A stretch of 59,768 nucleotides of DNA. It comes from an uncultured Methanosarcinales archaeon. Its GTDB lineage: Archaea > Nanobdellota > Nanobdellia > Woesearchaeales > JABMPP01. Each line of letters begins with the position of its first letter. Positions within the stretch are counted from its first letter, which is position 1. Below, piece by piece: positions 47,101 to 51,708 of this stretch. The notes under the pieces were generated by a model that had not been told where the DNA came from, made no database searches, and worked only from the letters and a program-made list of their open reading frames with translations. The position numbers and the translations under genes are program-made. The stretch is from contig CAZSAD010000006.1 in assembly GCA_964604995.1 (NCBI GenBank), positions 1 to 59,768 on the forward strand, written 5' to 3'.

Positions 47101-48229
47101 ATTTGTTAATTTTTTGTAATTCAATATTTATCGTTGGAAAGGTAGTTCCAGTTGGAGATGCAGTTTTGTAAATATCATAATAATTAAACATTGATGCTTT
47201 TACTATTTGCTCAGCAATTGGCACTTGCATAAAAGTTGCATCGCCATTTGTATCTGTTAATTGTGAACTTAATCCAATAACTTCAACTAAAACTCCAGCA
47301 ATTGGATAACCTGAAGAATCTTTTACTTTAACTGGAAGCGATGCTACTAGTGTTGATGAATCTGTAAGTTCAAATAAAACAGTTTGTATTGATTCAGCTG
47401 GAATATTTACTCCAGCAGATACTGTAGTGTAATCTTGAGCATAAGCCCAAAAAGTTGTGTAACCGGGTGTAATTCCTTGCAGTGTAGCTTCGCCAGTAGA
47501 ATTTGTTATTGCACTAATACCTACACCATATAAATTAGTTGTGACAGTTGCGCCTACAATTGGTGCATCTAGTGAATTTATAACTTTCCCAATTATTGTT
47601 CCAGGAGTTTGTGATATTGAAATACCATCACAATAATTAGGAGTTTCACATGCAGTTTGACTTGTAGTTACATTAAAAGTTAAATAATGAGAACCACTTA
47701 AACCTAAAACAGTTTTGTTTAATGTTGCACATGAAAAACTAGGAACATATTTACAAGTATTATCATTGATAATATCATTTTTCCAAACGCAGCATCCAAA
47801 TGTGCATTGTGGTAAAGCTGCGCAAGCTTGTCCTGGAGCAAATACCCCTCCAATCTCGTCGCAATATGCTTTTTTATCACGCATTTGACAATCAGGGCCA
47901 TTTGATGTTATCATATTTGCACAGCATCCTTGATTAGCTTGACATTGTGTTAATGTACCAATATCTCCTGGACCCAAATCTCTTATGAAAGTTGAATTAC
48001 AATAAGTATAGCCTTGCGCTGTTTCATCAAATCCACAACATTGTGAAATGTCATTAACATATTCACACATTCTACTTGGAATTGCCATACTACTAAGACA
48101 AATTCCAGGAGTGTTTGTGGCATTTACATTTTTGACTGAAACAATAAATACTAACGAAAAAAGTGTGAGAGCTATGATTAAGAAAAGTTGCCAATTTATT
48201 TCCTTTTTACCTCTTTTTTCTTTTCTCAT
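26177..48229 (-). CDS. Giant (~7350 aa) secreted Ig-repeat surface protein/adhesin
   Basis: Likely start is ATG 48229, which overlaps the upstream stop as TAATG. Sec signal ends VNA. It has a Cys-rich N-terminus, CarboxypepD_reg-like repeats (GTIIGKV..PIVGATV), DWDGDGVP, FN3 and dozens of D(T/S)xPP-linked Ig domains. The frame reads through a 10-N gap at 41246-41255. Confidence 0.85.
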   Translation of the reverse strand: MRKEKRGKKEINWQLFLIIALTLFSLVFIVSVKNVNATNTPGICLSSMAIPSRMCEYVNDISQCCGFDETAQGYTYCNSTFIRDLGPGDIGTLTQCQANQGCCANMITSNGPDCQMRDKKAYCDEIGGVFAPGQACAALPQCTFGCCVWKNDIINDNTCKYVPSFSCATLNKTVLGLSGSHYLTFNVTTSQTACETPNYCDGISISQTPGTIIGKVINSLDAPIVGATVTTNLYGVGISAITNSTGEATLQGITPGYTTFWAYAQDYTTVSAGVNIPAESIQTVLFELTDSSTLVASLPVKVKDSSGYPIAGVLVEVIGLSSQLTDTNGDATFMQVPIAEQIVKASMFNYYDIYKTASPTGTTFPTINIELQKINKFNVSGSVIDFFNNPKPGRWITLDNVRKVQTTSPDGKFVIENVTSGTYRISVETLSGETASSYFIIVNQTLNNELLYLSNVATPDCSVAFTEYSFCNVNNQQCNSTQGPPNNQPTPDAPVNTVCCAGSNNCSKKYNYDDDWDGDGVPNSLDKCPYEPALINKVAATESNLCSNGIDDDCDSTGPGYGQIHGNKVDNLASVMLRTGFPASLAFNYISPYCQFCPTNICKFNSTNHSICDELQSGVNSFATYTDYNLQIPDNKSYYCSVCSSDPACKSECETAGKSCCSSDTGQGNNYTLSCDSSQKTCWDYCGAPATYICCQYSWSCDGESIWNDTVCTNPNLQYQCKGTFCQPAPYCKLHEPFNSTNNTLPSLLNGPQAGNNSLCNCNGELKNTNKFASGASVGYCCPTGVSLEYCPPIITKKIILNVVNESNEELPSGKHVVAYLSNPLNPWVRVDFITPENDPSVKTFGWDFNINQTYEFTIEADGYETNITTINISENSNPNELNIILKAKVNCKDVLANVTSFRVHNIAGKNQVHLTWDKTCNDILSYDIVRYDVDASGINIIPSSQVHIVTINYNPSISNYTYDDNSAAWNTLYQYGIKAIYSTGASAVYMNNKAAPKGSNIGNTRIYTGNKEQCEGKSWTSQFCVNSSLQIARDFVYGVKCQFNNTISTDSILINCTSYSPSSQTCYITADNSVSCKQLSECIDTSPEKAFGLYYDQSTCITGREMNCYYDYSNTSVDTCLDCRDIKNCYDYKSDEACQFDNCKLSQLTSPYGPDSICKWYDYSNLKELGKGLCYKVDYANVDQCYRCNKSTDSPLDNSQCDQNICARLGACYSENNNDSCSQCNSNTACEDFKDELSCIGGVEGVNSKQEFNINSINMQSTENFQYSNDACSANRCKWGNVSNLGYMCYKDGNDDNISDCYDKLSDDTLLLNNNCKKDGIAPVTTIITKPKCMGPISTTQNCVNKYSQNVDFSIDEATITYPSINFDRNQTQYCLIPFNVDENTYPCSNRTFDVDSILSNNFKITRTLILPDDVMADKGLSLVEDISQGPVKLKYFTTDPIHNIEELKTEPIFIDTIGPEIIISSYAVNNSNVTLLSNLSIYITTDQNNPSVCNVTNFTPSNGIKWDIFKGRVLKNQFIENFTNVADNAYTLTVNCTDKYGNDNQLSQVIRVNGLQYILEQWPDSNITSLQDDPERLNNIYNNNTINLKLKTGRDISCEYSNNEIDWVPFTNQTNGTDATYGLYINHTSDSITLSDGNYLYLAKCKSNLNPAAISSTSFIFGIDTYAPASYLEIYQNQSWQSFNETRWYKPSELQELRINAIDPPLESHNTNLPGEAKWNYTLYCINDTTICEPNILINHSSSKLNVSITLTTNICMRSVDRINNTETNESNGNPTCYHILVDSSAPLVNIVVPKTNYVINSNTLNYIEINVTDFGSNQIQSVYASIFSSPEVGTPYRTIADVNSPIGTIYTTDQSGLFDGKNLIIAYAVDASGNIGESNPVNLYVDKIGPDIVNPTILNYSGTVIGNSQNTFSEWGMPITFNAIVNDSNYTYFGFDGQNNNLFIELLMPNGANLSINVPINNAISLNYTYTFDFTPTGTVGDYYQEPGIWTANFTAYDKFNNKNTITQIFNVSDTTKPTFIVNITDDQNQNPKAILFGITYPITVKSSERLSTRPIIQVKINSKIISLSNPTFSNNNTFNTTLLIDDYTLLDYEGFGTVEIIAKDMHDNEGEKIPIIGATFYFDSKSPGAPIYKYPKADSLIITNSSKLILTGSEANNLPGINISLLRSNLSNTYDLSTWSLIDSNLSYKNVSSVWNTTIDTFYPVANPNNQIPINNSNTFVEANWQSLYLKFENDAYNLPDGQFYKITNVTFLGTPKTHGFVNVSPNFINPNVVTNQKVFFMNDSYPQGWIKFDLESKNIDLKPGNNYFVMRSQDEFGNWXXXXKVKQVIYDSSSPKFVNFYPSKNRVTNNNKTSINVTLSDIYPSPMDSPYDNDNQSGINETSVKFYFNDTWYNCTSSTSGPGPYCNIKCNIDSSLCNITFNYHSEIPTLLNGFYDLKLKVGDKAGNYNLTEWQIGVNPNAPDDAYFTVSPSFDQKPARSSEVETRYTNSFNPIINASYGISMLVKLYSAQLKNGSTLIHSYSDLVGTSASEFILTLPTSSPILNEGEYTFELTAGRNLSDGTFGSPFPDSFNLVVDNSPPVSDTVEIKNQSGEDNIERGKNFTISTKISDATPNVTVELKIDGISIETKKLSNNPPSQNTPVSFQVNITFNNLTYNYTFDYGLHTSTLILSDAFGKSAQIDTDFTITDTTPPNLIFTNITPGKLVEDWKAYTRINSPLSSSNRLEFYLKTTDELAICTLVSPGIPVLIDLFPSSDHIVILQDYTSTYYPQNGVEKYYTITCIDQSGNSIAKQITVINDLTSPIILSITPKTGDLISYFSGPSGNRIADLNIITNENTTCKYYGNLTQNVNIPLPTLAGIETFYDNNMTFFEDNTYSLNPKQNLDSIIGYLGTDNASYTFFVGCEDFVGNIVQNLNLTKFTVDLQQMRIIQTSPSGTIGGNNFVNLIVTTDKNATGCTYTSINPSYLPGTFTKLLGTNTFTALITNLNHDENRTYKISCELSTSGPNSMYLLAEANISFSVDLAVVPSPQIYNITTSTGELISSPTFTKVTNVNDLIINGVVENNSIIKLIINNVALPSLFNNYLSPSYSLNALSSGSYKIKVNATDIFGNTNTSNELTLLIDKDKPAMPSIATLPTLLSTPNLTIYGTIDEPNITVFAFVNLNESNNVSVESTSTSSCNTLTSLASALADSTRVNVTNKDEFKVGNYLEFPAKKQYNLLRYKIEGVFSGGLFGTDYIILNNPVESNLVNTVIQNCTSEIPTGYFTLNVTLNEGYNTIQLLGIDKAENIGPYYSTPQILVDTINPEVTITYPTEGEILSENNTVIFASLNDLGSGINKNKTIIIIDEISYNQTTYPLSFSFDFVNHYLNFLLPNAATYSQGAHTVSLTVFDNVNRNATHSITFEINKDVPSQPILFVNEQQYDLGLGIKIKNTELNFNFTYNNTETIKITGLKFDGSFISYTNTSAYTFIADVTTTDKKDHLVEITARKLVYTDNLTIYNYGPEKKSVFHILTDTTPPQVKIISITNPVEYLDNAIIRIFVNDTISDVQTVIAKSGLNEFVMSFVASGIYNLTISSPSLGLHTFTIFANDTLGNFNNSINGSFTVKDTSPPKLSFVSLNPGKLNGSNSALTNLSMLDTTQILSLTFNTSEQATCSIFSPAPPIGFTILNLGQNTFTANFNSWEFNPTELGRDYTFNCSDTAKNWNLTTIKIYLDNKKPYIVSILPLHNTVIKYLADPNTNHIADLVVQESEFGKCKFYGNLATSALQMPNQSNQNDLRNFYDNNMIYLSENYGTFFTYNLDSVLKQYGPSGYNNAPWTFYVACEDYLGNLVSKFNTTNFTVNIEGLVISDYGPSGTVGGSNTVQLYVDTDKTAICTSYDYGSFDTTNNYHHTKTITNLVNGESKNIQVVCTKLIPPVSISSETITFNVDLDVSPIEITNITDSLGNLISNNSITGTVGPTTISINGKVESNSNLIIYLDGSPRNWGVHTENGNFSINYPLAGLPQGLHSFAVNAIDNFSNSKLSNSLSVNLVTDVPSRPYLIPLPTILNTHILNVYGTIGILGITVNAYNDETWIASTTSQSDSTCTYLTSFASAPIGSLIVNVTNILEFQVNNNIIFENHNKSNLLTYQVTAIKDNLFSADYINLSTPLENELISTRIKVCTGDKPSGYFNLSLNLSEGYKQLGFIGNTSVGLVGPANGPYNLLVDTTPPSIELVSPYYNETLSEDRTDLLFTVSDDGSGLNLSKTQIEINGRIFTYLLYPSNFVYNSANKQLKFILPSSSSSYSEGFNPVTFTVYDLAGNNNYIVTGFTINHNVTSTPTLKINEAQYTAPLSKYNTNSLQLNFSFNSIETINITSFKFDGSNIALTSFTNYTFNALITTTDLSNHTIELRAKKVIYFDNVTNITNYGPERILYYYVMTDTTAPQVALASSTLFNRTLEYGDNANIYVYANDATSKISNVNVIIDEVSYPMSESAVNTYQYTFANPIVGTHTISYTAIDNLGNVNSLLTDSFSVSVTRPPKIKVLNPTHLEITSDTKVSPQILIEDNYGIQNYKLFVQASNVPGFTVVDNSNLFYNTSSNKLTYTLPSGETWFTVWSQDPNVDHDTYNLQLEATNNAGLTSLVSWSFGVDTRIIPIQKVELTERSLGLTVKTTELNTAGTNLNIYLPQLGLTFPQAVKSVNAELKQGVNTLPLVPTYTNPANTTFGFRLQNNNNLSEGDYSLTISAANALNGVYGVYQYPFTIDRTNPTFTVNSPHNAKQGAISIIIKTSEFMQFAPSVILIDSSGNKYNALYTSQSGLNYYYTLTITSTVSEGIAILNVSGKDLANNFGENATKQININKIGSTITLLNPLPTIQDPNTAYTTSEIVKLSFLTSEKSSCNITTGTLIVNLQSSTDKLIHNDPIGLVLTSSNTTINVNCIDEFGNLQMNKYYIIIDNTIPIIQYFDTTKTSPITDYPETDFVISANEQVRCKYSDQIVSYDLMESKFPGYDNRNFGLVLLTNDTYNPDLHDLNDSTSFIYYANCEDRAGNLANLVNVTFNISLDPDLKLENGKPYGIVPNNSVLMQVQTNHKAICTYKEGAGIENQFSSTNARYHSQLLTSIPDGSHSYTITCKYFAGTTLYQKTGTITFTVDTTPPSAPTISSSHSQNTWSSNNTVSFTWVPGLDYSTIFNYEYILSNDTNCNGNNGNYILTANSNVTLFGMQDGSQFFCVRVVDEFGRKGTFGSRVFKIDTKAPISNSIDTLNGNWHNYNFVQQIIANDALSQVGSIYYSLNNGPTTIVSGSQAFVNINTNNYTNLTYFAVDLAGNIENPNKTISLKLDKELSTLIYLNSSTHSLNATSSYTFLQMQWDGSDLYSGIEKYEFELYKDGMIINNGYTSDKSKTFHLSNGNIKYTFRIRPIDFAGNIGAWSFDYNVYIDTIGPTSIYADELPLYTANTTVNIAGVVYSASQIFARNIVGNITNGPYNGILYYTSNLPLQTALQNDYYANDNKIIVLGDLRDTKYQYLELISQRGEYKILSKTYTSSPSMTQLTLQPSLRAGATKDTTVNVYENSRINGAFDINNIPLNSGVNNIILKAVDIAGNYIEKYMRQIILDTFQPVIYLDSTYSTISDGDIRNGQGIRVKFDYNDMGLSGIDLSSIQLFYNNTLVLPDSISSTSLTYSVLDTLEGDHSIEIKLKDNVGNLATKKINYKVDNSLPVVQIRIKNENSGHTLEFMQEINVSYTESILLDSAKLDGLELIPKFNNGRILVFNTTSLWNGLHNFTIITHKPSSPTSIVSASKLFIVDTASPIVNINTPNHRTGQSVEFVSFAYEENYPDFVELKSNGVLIARYFSPGSYQNLAELVSLQSGINNITLVAKDKAGNYASTNIVIELDNIPPQTPLIEYPINGQIFNTNNNPNYVTINGTVSSDTNYIMLYANGLTKNLSITGTTFQTQMQIASNGNTQIYAVAYDGFNNYAQSQKITVLHDSLTPLIEEYYPMDGTTINDYNPIFSAQASDYGSGLNTSSGKITIDLIRYFANYVGNNNFGTLTYVYTQGLTPSIDGTSKLYQMDANMYDLVSNFGLRNWQFYFDPNAPSITSLTPTFQSYITDITPTVVISFNKPLKNITVRVEDKNGNYNLQQIENIMNQTFKFKNAAVQLDGETKIIFSITDTLGNSIVYLSKFYVDTDLPSITLNALPSITNSTLIDIQGTYNEIFIDKIELLSPEYQIISYGPNANDVGTFNFNNLALTKNTQNTLNLKITDKAGRETYLSTSISQDSIPPSLNFNIPTLTNDSKIRLVGSTDASRAMLYLDNILVKELRIFNNAFEDSVVLSSDGNHEIKIKAQDEVSNSIEVASIVKLDTIKPSIEWFNPSSGSWLKEVDKVLVYSTDDMGGSGIDYSLSTLELKNVVTSILINGTLTNDANGKFTFTALNNLDNGSYIIKAKIFDLAHNYVESSSTFQINSSVPLVAIDYPSESLSYTNLTNIEVTGKMQAASGKSLIETYLTHNSINYYLSPTPLFTQSITLQSGDNLILAYAKDNIGMYSSLVARIKLDTTVPTINILNTQTITKEDSVEIIGSYDDNYPIDQGAIKIKNILTGEIVTADISSDLSFSKAIGLVEGNNTIIATIVDKANNNNLAIIHIIKDSSLPQITIAYPITLPFSTKERLINVSGTAISTQGLTNKTNVNLFVNQILIASIQTDANGKFTFKNVLLQQGNNDVKIIATNSINAQSTFTFSIISDNTLPQINIITPSTLSGTFDAYTSLTQNIVVKLQTDKSAKCTIQKLTDGEIIQEYNSWSMEHNFLYQYSLESGNVYDFKLSCVDSLGNLNEKIMKLHIDISSPIITDAFALPNPILQATDPLTILTAKTNELANCVYVLNSSSVMYIDNLVDKETAYQIGRSFDNGGFETIHTKILRTSDFTQAENGRYTFYVVCKDLTGSISSNVGVVNVDIAISWPLEILLKGPSGITKNKNLDLYVTTNLNSTCTARDDLSNSFILAIRKFLGFSNPMTGAFNHTLPLNDLTDGYHTYSIDCNTLTSPSKQSPIVTVSFTVDTIGEKPIILYPTPNMAFETEQIMLQGSAETNSTIKVYIDGVPVTVNKIFGTTFNNIMLNFQPFGKGLHIIKVEATDLAGNVNSDSVNVTYTTNYPWVFLTIPQNGTLNGMTISEITALLGSDYNIGINFNQSTIQLFNSSGLISNAGTLQSYGNVQLTLQLNPQISPLSQGNYTIEVTPVDILGRSKKFTYKFYVDTNSPQIIMLSPTTTGQIIRNPQTYIAAIMKSKSQITSANLTLNNGSIINVLSYPNNGTIFFNKSFTLIEGKNNFTIVSTSELSTYPGIYNGDITLRTMGPTGIVTIED
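34660..40150 (-). repeat. Internal tandem duplication of a ~910-aa block in the giant protein
   Basis: Unit 1 (~40150-37397) and unit 2 (~37396-34660) share DT(T/S)PP..PGKL, IADL..CK(Y/F)YGNL, FYDNNM, CED(F/Y).GN, PSGT(I/V)GG, P(T/S)GYF and NYGPE(K/R). Confidence 0.8.
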
Positions 48230-48993
48230 TATAATGGCACCATCAGCTTCCAATCCCTAACATGCTTGCTACTACCTTTTCTTGTAATGTCTAGATAGTA
48301 TGTCCTTTCTGTAAGATTTGATTTGCATTTATCCAAAAACCAATCAGGAACTTGCGCTTCGTATTTCAAAACTGAAAATGTATAACCTACTCTTGAATAC
48401 AAGCTAACCTCATTGATTTTTTTCATGTACGCAAACATCTTCTCATAGTCGAGAGGGCATAGTTTGGGTATATTGCGCTTTAGTTCATCGAATCCAAGAG
48501 TGTAATTTATATTTCTTAGACAATCGAGAATTGTGCGCTCTTTATCGCTGATGATAATTTTTGAATCGTGATAATCATATTCTTGATTTCCAAAAAAATG
48601 AAGAGTTTTGATACAAACATATTTGATACCTTTATTTACAATTGAAGGAACTCTATTTGTAGTTGTAATAAATGCAACATGCATTTCTCTATCTGCTGCA
48701 CCATAAACTTCTAAAGCTGTGTGGTGTGACAAAAAACTATTTTCTGTAAATTTATTTGCAACAAGAATTTTGTCTGGAGAAAAAGAATCTTGCATATCAG
48801 GTGTTGATTCAAATGGAATTATTGCATATAAACCACGTTTAATTTTTTTTGCGTATTGTTTTTCAGCAAGACCATTTAATGCCAAAACTGCTTTTCTATA
48901 ATTATTTAAATAGGAAGAAACATCGTTTACTGTCAAGACTTTTGTCTTATAAAATTCCCTGTATACTTTTTGTTCTGTAGGCGATATACCCAA
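48229..48993 (-). CDS. AbiEi-family (type IV TA antitoxin-like) wHTH transcriptional regulator, no partner toxin
   Basis: KKIKRGLY, FLSHHTALEVYG, ISDKERTILDCL, RVGY; SD GTGGTGG before a TTG start. Confidence 0.8.
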   Translation of the reverse strand: MGISPTEQKVYREFYKTKVLTVNDVSSYLNNYRKAVLALNGLAEKQYAKKIKRGLYAIIPFESTPDMQDSFSPDKILVANKFTENSFLSHHTALEVYGAADREMHVAFITTTNRVPSIVNKGIKYVCIKTLHFFGNQEYDYHDSKIIISDKERTILDCLRNINYTLGFDELKRNIPKLCPLDYEKMFAYMKKINEVSLYSRVGYTFSVLKYEAQVPDWFLDKCKSNLTERTYYLDITRKGSSKHVRDWKLMVPL

Positions 48994-49066
48994 AATCCAC
49001 CACTCTTTAAACTAAAATTAATGATTTAATAATTAAAATTATACGCAATTTGTTAAGTTTGTCAAG

Positions 49067-49109
49067 TTTTATATAAATATTTTTCCATTTTGTATAATAA
49101 TATACAAAA
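49067..49109 (-). promoter_or_regulatory. TATA box with an adjacent 9-bp inverted repeat (candidate operator)
   Basis: Minus strand GGAAAAATATTTATATAAAA; TTTTGTATA-ATAA-TATACAAAA at 49088-49109. Confidence 0.45.
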
Positions 49110-49548
49110 AATATCATATTAAAGTTTAATTTTCGCACTTATTTGAAAAAAAGTGTAGAGTTTAATCTATATCTTTAAACATATATATTGATAATGTAAT
49201 AATTTGGATATATTAGTAATATCTTACCCAAGACGTTAAATTAGTGCTATTGAGATAGTTCTTTTTGGGGATAACAATAATAAAATAGAGAGAAACTTTT
49301 ATTACAATAAACATGTTTTACATTTAAATTATAATAAGTATAAATAATTTATAGTAACCTAATTATATAAGAAATTTAATTTTATGATGATTACCTCATT
49401 ATTAAAATAATACAAATTTGATAAGTTTAAAAAGATAATAAGAGTAAATTTCATAGAATTAGGTGACAATAAAATTAGATGTAACTTTTTTTTATCTTTG
49501 ATGGATGAAGAAATAATAATATATACTCTTTTAACAAACTAAATTAAA

Positions 49549-50299
49549 ATGGATTGTTTTAAATTTAAAAAATTTAGAAAGAAAGCTAATTTTCTAAAAA
49601 TAGAAACTTGGGGAATTTTAGTTGTAATTATAATTGGGATGCTTGTATATTTTGCAATAAAAGATCCACTTTCAATAAAACCTGAAAGATGTGATTTACA
49701 ACTTGGACTTTATTGTAAAGACCATAAAGTGGATATCGATAGTAAGCAAGTGCATTTAACTATGCAAAATAATATGGGAAAAGATATTATGATTAGCCAA
49801 ATATCGATAATAGGTGATTCTTTTATTGAATGTGAAGCTAACAACAACACAAAACCATTTTCTAATGATAATGATGGCAAGATTGGATGGAAATTTAGTA
49901 ATTTAGATGAACGTGAAATTGTTATACATTGTAAAGAAATAGTTGCAGATAAACAAAAAATCGAAGGAGAAATAATATTAAAATGGTCAAATGATAATGC
50001 AGATGATATGTTTGTGCATACAATAAAAGGCAAACTTTTGGCAGTACCAAAAACTGGAGAGAAATACTGCTGTTGTTTAATGGACGAGAAATCTTTAGAT
50101 AGTGCAACTTATAGCAAAGTTAGTGTTTGCCAAAATAACCTCGNNNNNNNNNNGATTTTGCAACGGCGGTGATTTTAGTAGCTGTAAAATGCAACAACAA
50201 AAATGTTGCCAAATAAATGGAGCATATGTATTTGGTGATGAAAACTGTTTTGGAAATAGTAGTAGAATTGCAGAAAATGACAATTTTTGTGAATATTAA
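49549..50299 (+). CDS. Divergent archaeal pilin with a Cys-rich C-terminus, interrupted by an assembly gap
   Basis: RKKA|NFLKIETWGILVVIIIGMLVYFAIKDP..PERCDLQLGLYC. After the N gap (50144-50153) the Cys-rich frame FCNGGDFSSC..CC..FCEY* continues to 50299. Confidence 0.7.
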
Positions 50300-50419
50300 T
50301 TTAATTATAATTTATTTTTATTTAGTTACTATTTATAGATGTTATTTAATTTAATTAAAAAACCAAGCTTTATNNNNNNNNNNAAGACGGAAATAGATAC
50401 ATAGAAGGTGAAATTACAT

Positions 50420-50803
50420 ATGGAAAGAAATTTTAGAGGAGGCCAAAGATTCGGCGGTCCTAGAGGCGGAAGTAGCAATAGTAGCATGGCCCCAGTTAAT
50501 GTAGGGGACGAATTAGAAGTGAAGATAGAAGCCGTTGGCGAAAAAGGCGACGGAATTGCGAAGAAAGATGGATTTGTCTTATTTGTACCAAATACAAAAA
50601 GTGGACAGAACGTAAAGATTCGCGTCACAAAAGTCTTAAGAAAAGTAGGCTTTGCAGAAGTTATTGGTGAAGGCATAGCTGCATCAGAAGAAACTCCAAG
50701 TGAAGGAGCATCTGAAGAGAGCAGTGAAGAGCAAACTTCTCAAGAAGAAGAATACTCTGGCGAAGACACTGAGAATTTTGGCGAAGAGGAAGAACAACAG
50801 TAA
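50420..50803 (+). CDS. Stand-alone TRAM-domain RNA-binding protein (archaeal cold-shock-like)
   Basis: APVNVGDELEVKIEAVGEKGDGIAKKDGFVLFVP; SD AGGTGA before ATG 50420; RGG-rich N-terminus and acidic tail. Confidence 0.92.
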   Translation: MERNFRGGQRFGGPRGGSSNSSMAPVNVGDELEVKIEAVGEKGDGIAKKDGFVLFVPNTKSGQNVKIRVTKVLRKVGFAEVIGEGIAASEETPSEGASEESSEEQTSQEEEYSGEDTENFGEEEEQQ

Positions 50804-50858
50804 GTCTGATGATTCTTTTTTCATAAATTTTTTATTTTAATTTTCTTTTTGATTTAAC

Positions 50859-51383
50859 ATGAGAGCTTTTTTAGCAATAGATGTACCTGAAAAAATTCAA
50901 TCTTACTTATTTACACTTCAAAAAAAGATGAATTTTGGAACATTGTCTTATGCCAAACAATTTCACATTACACTTAAGTTTCTCGATGAAATTAATGAAA
51001 AACAAAAAGATGAAATAGTAGAAAAAATTAGTAAAATAGATTTTCCAAAATTTTCAGGGAATGTTTCTCAAATTGATTATTTTGCTAATGGAAAAGATAT
51101 CAAAGTAGTGTGGGTTGCAGCAAACCCAAAAAAAGAATTTAATGAACTTGTAAAATTAATTGATGAAAATTTAAATGGGATGTTTCAAAAAGATGATTTT
51201 GTGCCACATATTACTTTAGCTAGGATAAAGTTTTTGCCAGATAGAAATAAATTTTTAGATAATCTTAAAAAAATTAAAACTGAAGAAATGAAATTTGAAG
51301 TTGATAAATTCTTCCTCAAGAAAAGTATTCTTACTGGAAATGGACCAGTTTATGATAACTTGAAAGAATTTGAATTAATATAA
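50859..51383 (+). CDS. thpR: RNA 2',3'-cyclic phosphodiesterase / 2'-5' RNA ligase (2H family)
   Basis: MRAFLAI; two HxT motifs (FHITLKFL, PHITLAR); C-terminal S.L...GPVY. Confidence 0.93.
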   Translation: MRAFLAIDVPEKIQSYLFTLQKKMNFGTLSYAKQFHITLKFLDEINEKQKDEIVEKISKIDFPKFSGNVSQIDYFANGKDIKVVWVAANPKKEFNELVKLIDENLNGMFQKDDFVPHITLARIKFLPDRNKFLDNLKKIKTEEMKFEVDKFFLKKSILTGNGPVYDNLKEFELI

Positions 51384-51459
51384 TATTTATTAAGATTGCA
51401 ATAATCTTTATATAGTGTTTAAAATACCAGTTTTATATAATACGTAATTATTGTTGAAT

Positions 51460-51708
51460 GCACTTAAGAAGTTTGTAAGGCCAAGCGAAGCGCGTGCCTT
51501 ACTTAAGTGCCGTGTCAACCGAGGCTCCAGTTGCGCCTGTAGCCTAGCCATGGCAACTGGTTACGCTCAGTTGACGCGCAAGAATAAGTGCTATCTCGCT
51601 ACTCTCGATAGCACGATGATAAGTTATGGCGATTATTAATATATGGTAAGATCGCCTTAAGGAACTTTATGTTCCTTGAAGTTTTTACCAGATTTTTGTT
51701 AAAAATCT
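51460..51708 (+). ncRNA. Putative structured RNA or small element upstream of tRNA-Arg
   Basis: GC-rich run of nested inverted repeats containing a 16-nt copy of the tRNA 5' end; TATA boxes near 51407 and 51431. Confidence 0.4.

Noticed and set aside
48230..48253. ORF-track start MEADGAII for the giant protein
   Set aside because: It lies inside the AbiEi-like gene; ATG 48229 gives a normal signal peptide and TAATG coupling.
483..48260. Short antisense and alternate-frame ORFs nested in long genes (e.g. 7183-7578, 23772-24068, 46114-46413)
   Set aside because: Shadow ORFs of coding sequence, with no SD sites or motifs.
50144..50153. Frameshift or pseudogene in the 49549 pilin
   Set aside because: The frame change coincides with a 10-N scaffold gap (others at 41246-41255 and 50374-50383), so it is an assembly artefact.
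51451..51639. 62-aa ORF upstream of tRNA-Arg
   Set aside because: TTG start without an SD, and it lies over the GC-rich hairpins; better explained as non-coding.
51460..51708. SRP RNA, RNase P RNA or IscB/TnpB omega-RNA
   Set aside because: No SRP helix-8 or RNase P GAGGAAAGUCC motif. A GTCAAC/GTTGAC stem is present but no nuclease gene is adjacent.
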